DNA from: Methanobacteriota archaeon
Lineage (GTDB): Archaea > Thermoplasmatota > Poseidoniia > Poseidoniales > Poseidoniaceae
Assembly (NCBI GenBank): GCA_009937205.1
Contig: JAACCR010000014.1
Span: 1-41,841, forward strand
Direction of reading: 5' to 3'
DNA: 41,841 bases
Shown here piece after piece: positions 37,259 to 41,841 of this stretch. The translations under genes and the position numbers were made by a program. Below the pieces are notes generated by a model. That model was not told the origin of the DNA. It did no database searches and saw only the letters and a list, made by a program, of their open reading frames with translations. How positions within the stretch are numbered: position 1 is the first letter of the stretch; every line of letters starts with the position of its first letter.

Positions 37259-38497
37259 ATGCTGGCTGACCTGTTCTCATCGGAATCCGTTACTAGTGGC
37301 CATCCAGACAAATTATGTGATGCCATTTCTGATGCTATTGTGGATGCATGTCTTAGCGTCGATGCAAACGCAAGGGTTGCAGTTGAAACCTGTGTAAAAG
37401 GAAAAGATGACAAAAGTTTAATCGTACTTGTAGGAGAAGTTTCTCTTTCAGGAAATACACCTGATTACCAAGCGATTGCTCGTAACACTGCAGCCGCTAT
37501 TGGATATACCAGTCATGCGATTGGGATGGATGCAATGTCTCAAGAATTATGTGATGTACAAGTCCATATTACTACACAAGCGGCGAATATCGCTCAAGGT
37601 GTCAACAAGGATGGACTACAACAGGGTGCTGGTGATCAAGGACTAATGTTCGGATATGCTTGCACAGAAACAGAATCATATCCGGAATTAAAGGGTCGCT
37701 ATTTCCCGCTAGCAGCCGCACTTTCACAGAGGTTAACTCGTCGGCTTAGCGCAGTACGAGAACAAGGGATTTTGACTTGGGCTCGCCCTGATGGAAAGTC
37801 TCAAGTAACAGTTGAGTATGATGGAGAGGGGAATATCAAGCGGGTTCATACCGTAATTATTGCAATTCAGCATGATAAGAATCTGAAAGATCAATTTGAT
37901 GGTGATGAAGCAAAGGAACTGGAATTTGTTAGGCAGCAAGTTACTGAGCATGTTGTAAAGCATTCAATTCCAGCTCAATTACTTGACGAGGATTACAATC
38001 TAGTGGTAAATGGAACTGGACGATTTGCAGACCCGGGCGGTCCATATGCAGATGCAGGTTTAACCGGCCGTAAAATCATTGTAGATACCTATGGAGGAAT
38101 GGGTCGTCATGGTGGCGGTGCATTTTCTGGAAAAGACCCTTCAAAGGTTGACCGCTCAGCAGCATATGCCTCAAGATGGGCCGCAAAGCACGTAGTTGCT
38201 GCTGGATTGGCAGATATTTGCGAGATACAATTAGCATATGTTATCGGAGTTGCAGAACCTGTAAGTTTGAGGGTTGAAACCTTCGGAACTTCTTCACTAT
38301 CTGATAGGCAAATCGCTCAAAAAGTTTCAACTATTTTTGATTTCAGACCTGGTGCCATTACAAGTGATTTAAATTTGCTTAGACCAATCTATTCTCCATG
38401 CGCAGCTGGAGGGCATTTCGGAAGAGTTCCGGGGTCTAACGGTGAGTTCCCCTGGGAAGTCATCGATTCAGTAAAAATTGCAGCATTACAATCCTGA
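37259..38497 (+). CDS. metK: S-adenosylmethionine synthetase, bacterial/eukaryotic type
   Basis: FSSESVTSGHPDKLCD, GAGDQG, RPDGKSQVT, DAGLTGRKIIVDTYGG and GGGAFSGKDPSKVDRS. Confidence 0.97.
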   Translation: MLADLFSSESVTSGHPDKLCDAISDAIVDACLSVDANARVAVETCVKGKDDKSLIVLVGEVSLSGNTPDYQAIARNTAAAIGYTSHAIGMDAMSQELCDVQVHITTQAANIAQGVNKDGLQQGAGDQGLMFGYACTETESYPELKGRYFPLAAALSQRLTRRLSAVREQGILTWARPDGKSQVTVEYDGEGNIKRVHTVIIAIQHDKNLKDQFDGDEAKELEFVRQQVTEHVVKHSIPAQLLDEDYNLVVNGTGRFADPGGPYADAGLTGRKIIVDTYGGMGRHGGGAFSGKDPSKVDRSAAYASRWAAKHVVAAGLADICEIQLAYVIGVAEPVSLRVETFGTSSLSDRQIAQKVSTIFDFRPGAITSDLNLLRPIYSPCAAGGHFGRVPGSNGEFPWEVIDSVKIAALQS

Positions 38498-38532
38498 GTC
38501 TGCTTAACAACTCAAAATGTAGCCATTATACC

Positions 38533-38545
38533 GGCCCTAAGGGCC
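38533..38545. other. Short GC-rich inverted repeat GGCCC-TAA-GGGCC between metK and the next gene
   Basis: Seen directly. It could be a terminator or a binding site next to the downstream promoter, but its function is unproven. Confidence 0.3.
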
Positions 38546-38587
38546 GAACCTCTCAAGTGGGATGGATACCCCGCTAGTTTTGGTCCT

Positions 38588-41500
38588 ATGTCTTCACAAT
38601 CAACCCGTGCAGTGGCTCTCGTTGTTGTATTACTTATTGCAAGTCTAACGCCGTTAGCGTTTTCAGCCGCTGCAGATGAAGCGATTCACCTCTCAACAGA
38701 TGTAACTCATGTTAGCCTTAGTGATGGTCAATCTAGCAATGTTACTCTTACAATTAATAACAATGGTACTGGAATTGAGTCCTATAACGTCACAATCAAT
38801 TCAGCAACTCTATCCTCGGTTTGGGAGATAATTGCTAGTGAAGATGTAGTTGAAAATGTATTTCCTACTTGGTCAACCAATACTACGATTATAGTTAGAC
38901 TTGGTGAGGGAGGAACTCCTAGTGATAGTGGTTCATTCGACATTATCGTAACAGAGCCAGATGCTAATATTTCATCAACTACTACGGTTTTTGTATCGGT
39001 TGCACCGTCTTATGAGCCAGCACTAGAAAACAGTTGGTCCGGAGGTATATCTTTAGAACAGGGGGAAAATACCAATCTAACCTTCACAGCATGGAATTAT
39101 GGTTCAGTGGAGGACACATTCCTTCTAGATATCGAGCACGAACCAGATTTGACTACTTGGTGGCAAAACCAAACAGCAGTAATTGAGCCATGGGATGAAG
39201 CAAGTGGAAATGAAACTCTAATGTTTACTCAGCCTACAAATGGCACTTCCTATGATCTAATCAACGGTGCGATGAATGTAAGTGTTGAAATAAATCCACT
39301 TGAATCAAATGTATCGTATCTTTTGGAAGTTGTAGCAGAAGATGATTTGGGGATTCAACTATGGTCGTGGAATGATACACAAAATGGAACTCTGCTGATG
39401 GCAAACCTCTCTACAACATGGCAACCATTGGTCAACGGTAATATTACCATGACTGGAACATTATCAAGCAATGGAACTGCAATTGATTCTAATTCAATAC
39501 AACTTTGTCTCTACACATTAATTGGATGCGGAAGTGGTTCATCTGGCAACGGAACTGGAAACGGTACTGGCAACGGAACAGGTAATAGCACAAGTAGCAC
39601 CTCAATTCAAGCAAAGGGACTCGGTGGAACTCTGCCGGCAAATTGGAATGTATTTTGGCAAACTGATGAGTTGAATAATATCGCAGCAGGAGATTCAATG
39701 CAATCTACATTACAGATTGAAGTTCCAGTCGATGCAGAACCAGATTATTATGGATTCAGACTCTTCATCGCCTCAACAGAAGGCAATATTTCTTCATCAA
39801 CATTACTTGTCATCGAAGTGACGGAAGAATACGAAGTCTCCTTCTCATTCCTTTCACAAGAACAAGATTTCATTCCAGCAACATCAACAAATACCACCAT
39901 CCAAGCAACAAACTTGGGTAATGGTCATCAAAATTATTCCATGCAATTAAGTGTTAATGGAGGCCCATGTACGGCTTCATTACTTGAAATGGGGCCTCAC
40001 GGTTTTGATTCTGGAGAAGCCAAAGATATCGGTTTACAACTTGTAGTTGGAGAAAATGCAACCGCTTCAGATTCCTGTGATTTGACAATTAGTGCAGAAA
40101 CAGATATTGATGATACTCTCACATTAACAGCGGGAACATTTTCATTTACAATCGGAATTGATGAATTCGTTGATTTTACTATTGCAGTTCCTAATGGTGG
40201 TATTTCAGTAACTCCTGGAACACCTCTTGATTATGAGATCAGAGTAAATAACTCTGGTTCAGAAACTGTGACTTATTATCTTGATATTACAAATAATGAA
40301 GGTTTAACAACTTTGATTACTTCCTCAACAGGAGTATTAGTTGAATCCGGTCAAGTTGGACTATGGGCGGTTTCCACCGATGCTGACATTGGTCAATTAG
40401 GTCAACTAATACAACAATTCTCTCTCACTTATTCAGGTCTTACAGTATCGGCAGACCTTGACGTAGATGTTCAACCGATTGCATCTCTTGAGATGAATGG
40501 CCCACTAGACGGAAGAATTTCAGTCAAACCTGGACAGTCTTCGTCAATTGCCGTACAGTTAGTCAATACTGGGACACAAGATCTCTCTCTAGTTGCTTCT
40601 TTGTTTGGATTGCCTGCAGGAGCTGAAGTGGAATTAAGCCATTCTAGTGTGCAGATAGAAGCAGGTCAAAGTTTGCAAGTTAATCTCACAGTCAGCATGC
40701 TTTCAAGTGCTACAGCGGGTTCACACATGTTGACATTCTCCTACGGCGGAAATGGTACATCAGCAAGTCTATCCATTGATTTACAGATTTCACAAAAGGT
40801 AGAAGTTTTACTTTCAGGAACAACAGGAAGATTGGTTGCAGGTCCACTCTCTGGTGCTGAAATGATATTTGATATCACAAACCTTGGAACTACTTCCGAT
40901 ACTCTTCATATCAGTTTAGAAGATAATGGAGCATCGCAATGGTTTGAATTTGTATTATCTTCAACATCGGTCAGTTTGGATGCTGGGGCATCATCAGCGA
41001 TTACTCTTAGCGTTAGAGAAGCTTCCTCCGGAGCACCTAATGCTGGAACGGTAATCTCTTTGATGGTATCTTCATCTAAAGACACAACAGTCATGGATTC
41101 TATGAATCTCACCATCGAATCGCTACAAGCCGGCGCAATTATTACAGTAATCTCAGATGATGATAGCGCAAAACCTGGTGAAACAATTCACGGTAGCGTT
41201 GTGGTGACCAATAGTGGAACTGGAACTGATAATCTATTGCTGACTACTGTTGCTGATTTTGAATGTGGTGTTTCTGAATTACTTAACTTGGATGCAGGAG
41301 CATCAAGTCAAGCGATTAGTTGGTCTTGTATAATTCCTGAAAATGCAGCAGCAGGTATCTCTACTTTTGATTTCAGAGTGACATCGAGTGCAAGAACAAC
41401 TTTCGTTGAAGAAATAGTTGAAGTCTACACCGTTGAGCCAGTGTGGAGTGACCAAGGTGCGATTTTCATCGCAATCGGAAACGATGAACTAACTGTTCCA

Positions 41501-41841
41501 AATACTGGTGGTTCAAGTATGATCTTGACGCTTTCAAATCAAGCGAATTCAGTTGCTAATGGTAACTTGTCAGTCGTTGGAATGGGTGATGGATTATTCT
41601 CTATTGAATGGCAAAGGTTGTCAGATCAAGTAATGACTTCTGAATATACACTCGGTCCTGGCCAATCTGTTGATTTTTCAGTTCAATTTAATTCTTTAGT
41701 TAGTACCAAAAGCCATGCGGAATTGACTATTAGGGCTATCAGCCAAATCGGCTCTAGTACTAATCTAGATGATTCAAGAACTTTTACAGTAGACATCGAA
41801 GGTCCACAATTACCACCTTCCGGTATTTCACTTCCATTGGG
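38588..41841 (+). CDS. Large secreted/surface glycoprotein with tandem Ig-like (CARDB/NEW3-like) domains; runs off the window
   Basis: Manual translation from ATG 38588 gives signal peptide MSSQSTRAVALVVVLLIASLTPLAFSAAA, recurring N.G...D/E motifs and many N-x-S/T sequons. The same frame still reads as protein at the window end (>1080 aa). Confidence 0.85.
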   Translation, partial: MSSQSTRAVALVVVLLIASLTPLAFSAAADEAIHLSTDVTHVSLSDGQSSNVTLTINNNGTGIESYNVTINSATLSSVWEIIASEDVVENVFPTWSTNTTIIVRLGEGGTPSDSGSFDIIVTEPDANISSTTTVFVSVAPSYEPALENSWSGGISLEQGENTNLTFTAWNYGSVEDTFLLDIEHEPDLTTWWQNQTAVIEPWDEASGNETLMFTQPTNGTSYDLINGAMNVSVEINPLESNVSYLLEVVAEDDLGIQLWSWNDTQNGTLLMANLSTTWQPLVNGNITMTGTLSSNGTAIDSNSIQLCLYTLIGCGSGSSGNGTGNGTGNGTGNSTSSTSIQAKGLGGTLPANWNVFWQTDELNNIAAGDSMQSTLQIEVPVDAEPDYYGFRLFIASTEGNISSSTLLVIEVTEEYEVSFSFLSQEQDFIPATSTNTTIQATNLGNGHQNYSMQLSVNGGPCTASLLEMGPHGFDSGEAKDIGLQLVVGENATASDSCDLTISAETDIDDTLTLTAGTFSFTIGIDEFVDFTIAVPNGGISVTPGTPLDYEIRVNNSGSETVTYYLDITNNEGLTTLITSSTGVLVESGQVGLWAVSTDADIGQLGQLIQQFSLTYSGLTVSADLDVDVQPIASLEMNGPLDGRISVKPGQSSSIAVQLVNTGTQDLSLVASLFGLPAGAEVELSHSSVQIEAGQSLQVNLTVSMLSSATAGSHMLTFSYGGNGTSASLSIDLQISQKVEVLLSGTTGRLVAGPLSGAEMIFDITNLGTTSDTLHISLEDNGASQWFEFVLSSTSVSLDAGASSAITLSVREASSGAPNAGTVISLMVSSSKDTTVMDSMNLTIESLQAGAIITVISDDDSAKPGETIHGSVVVTNSGTGTDNLLLTTVADFECGVSELLNLDAGASSQAISWSCIIPENAAAGISTFDFRVTSSARTTFVEEIVEVYTVEPVWSDQGAIFIAIGNDELTVPNTGGSSMILTLSNQANSVANGNLSVVGMGDGLFSIEWQRLSDQVMTSEYTLGPGQSVDFSVQFNSLVSTKSHAELTIRAISQIGSSTNLDDSRTFTVDIEGPQLPPSGISLPL
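39545..39592 (+). repeat. Degenerate 12-bp tandem repeat encoding (GNGT)3-GNST
   Basis: ggcaacggaact ggaaacggtact ggcaacggaaca ggtaatagcaca. Confidence 0.85.

Noticed and set aside
1-41841. CRISPR arrays, transposases, integrases, prophage or defence genes, and att duplication of the tRNA 3' end
   Set aside because: None seen by eye. All long ORFs are otherwise accounted for and I found no spaced DNA repeats.

Overview
A gene-dense archaeal chromosome segment, most likely from a Marine Group II euryarchaeote (Poseidoniales). The archaeal call rests on gatD, the RFC small subunit, an archaeal-type AspRS and an intron-containing tRNA-Met. The MGII call is an inference from the very large acidic membrane-anchored surface proteins and several bacterial-type metabolic genes. 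The window holds housekeeping genes (fhs, gatD, rfcS, aspS, panB, bacterial-type metK, an acyl-CoA carboxyltransferase), an NfeD/flotillin pair and four large surface proteins, one of 3027 aa with seven DNRLRE-type repeats. It also holds a ~10 kb catabolic cluster (25.4-35.6 kb): 2-aminophenol 1,6-dioxygenase AmnB, an AmnA-RidA fusion, a luciferase-like monooxygenase coupled to a class-3 asparaginase-like hydrolase and an aminomuconate-semialdehyde-type dehydrogenase, an SDR, and a formamidase-like hydrolase. The main hypothesis is that this cluster encodes a kynureninase-independent tryptophan/kynurenine route: Baeyer-Villiger oxidation of kynurenine, release of aspartate plus 2-aminophenol, then ring cleavage. 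No CRISPR array, rRNA or mobile element was seen. All family calls come from motif recognition, not database searches.
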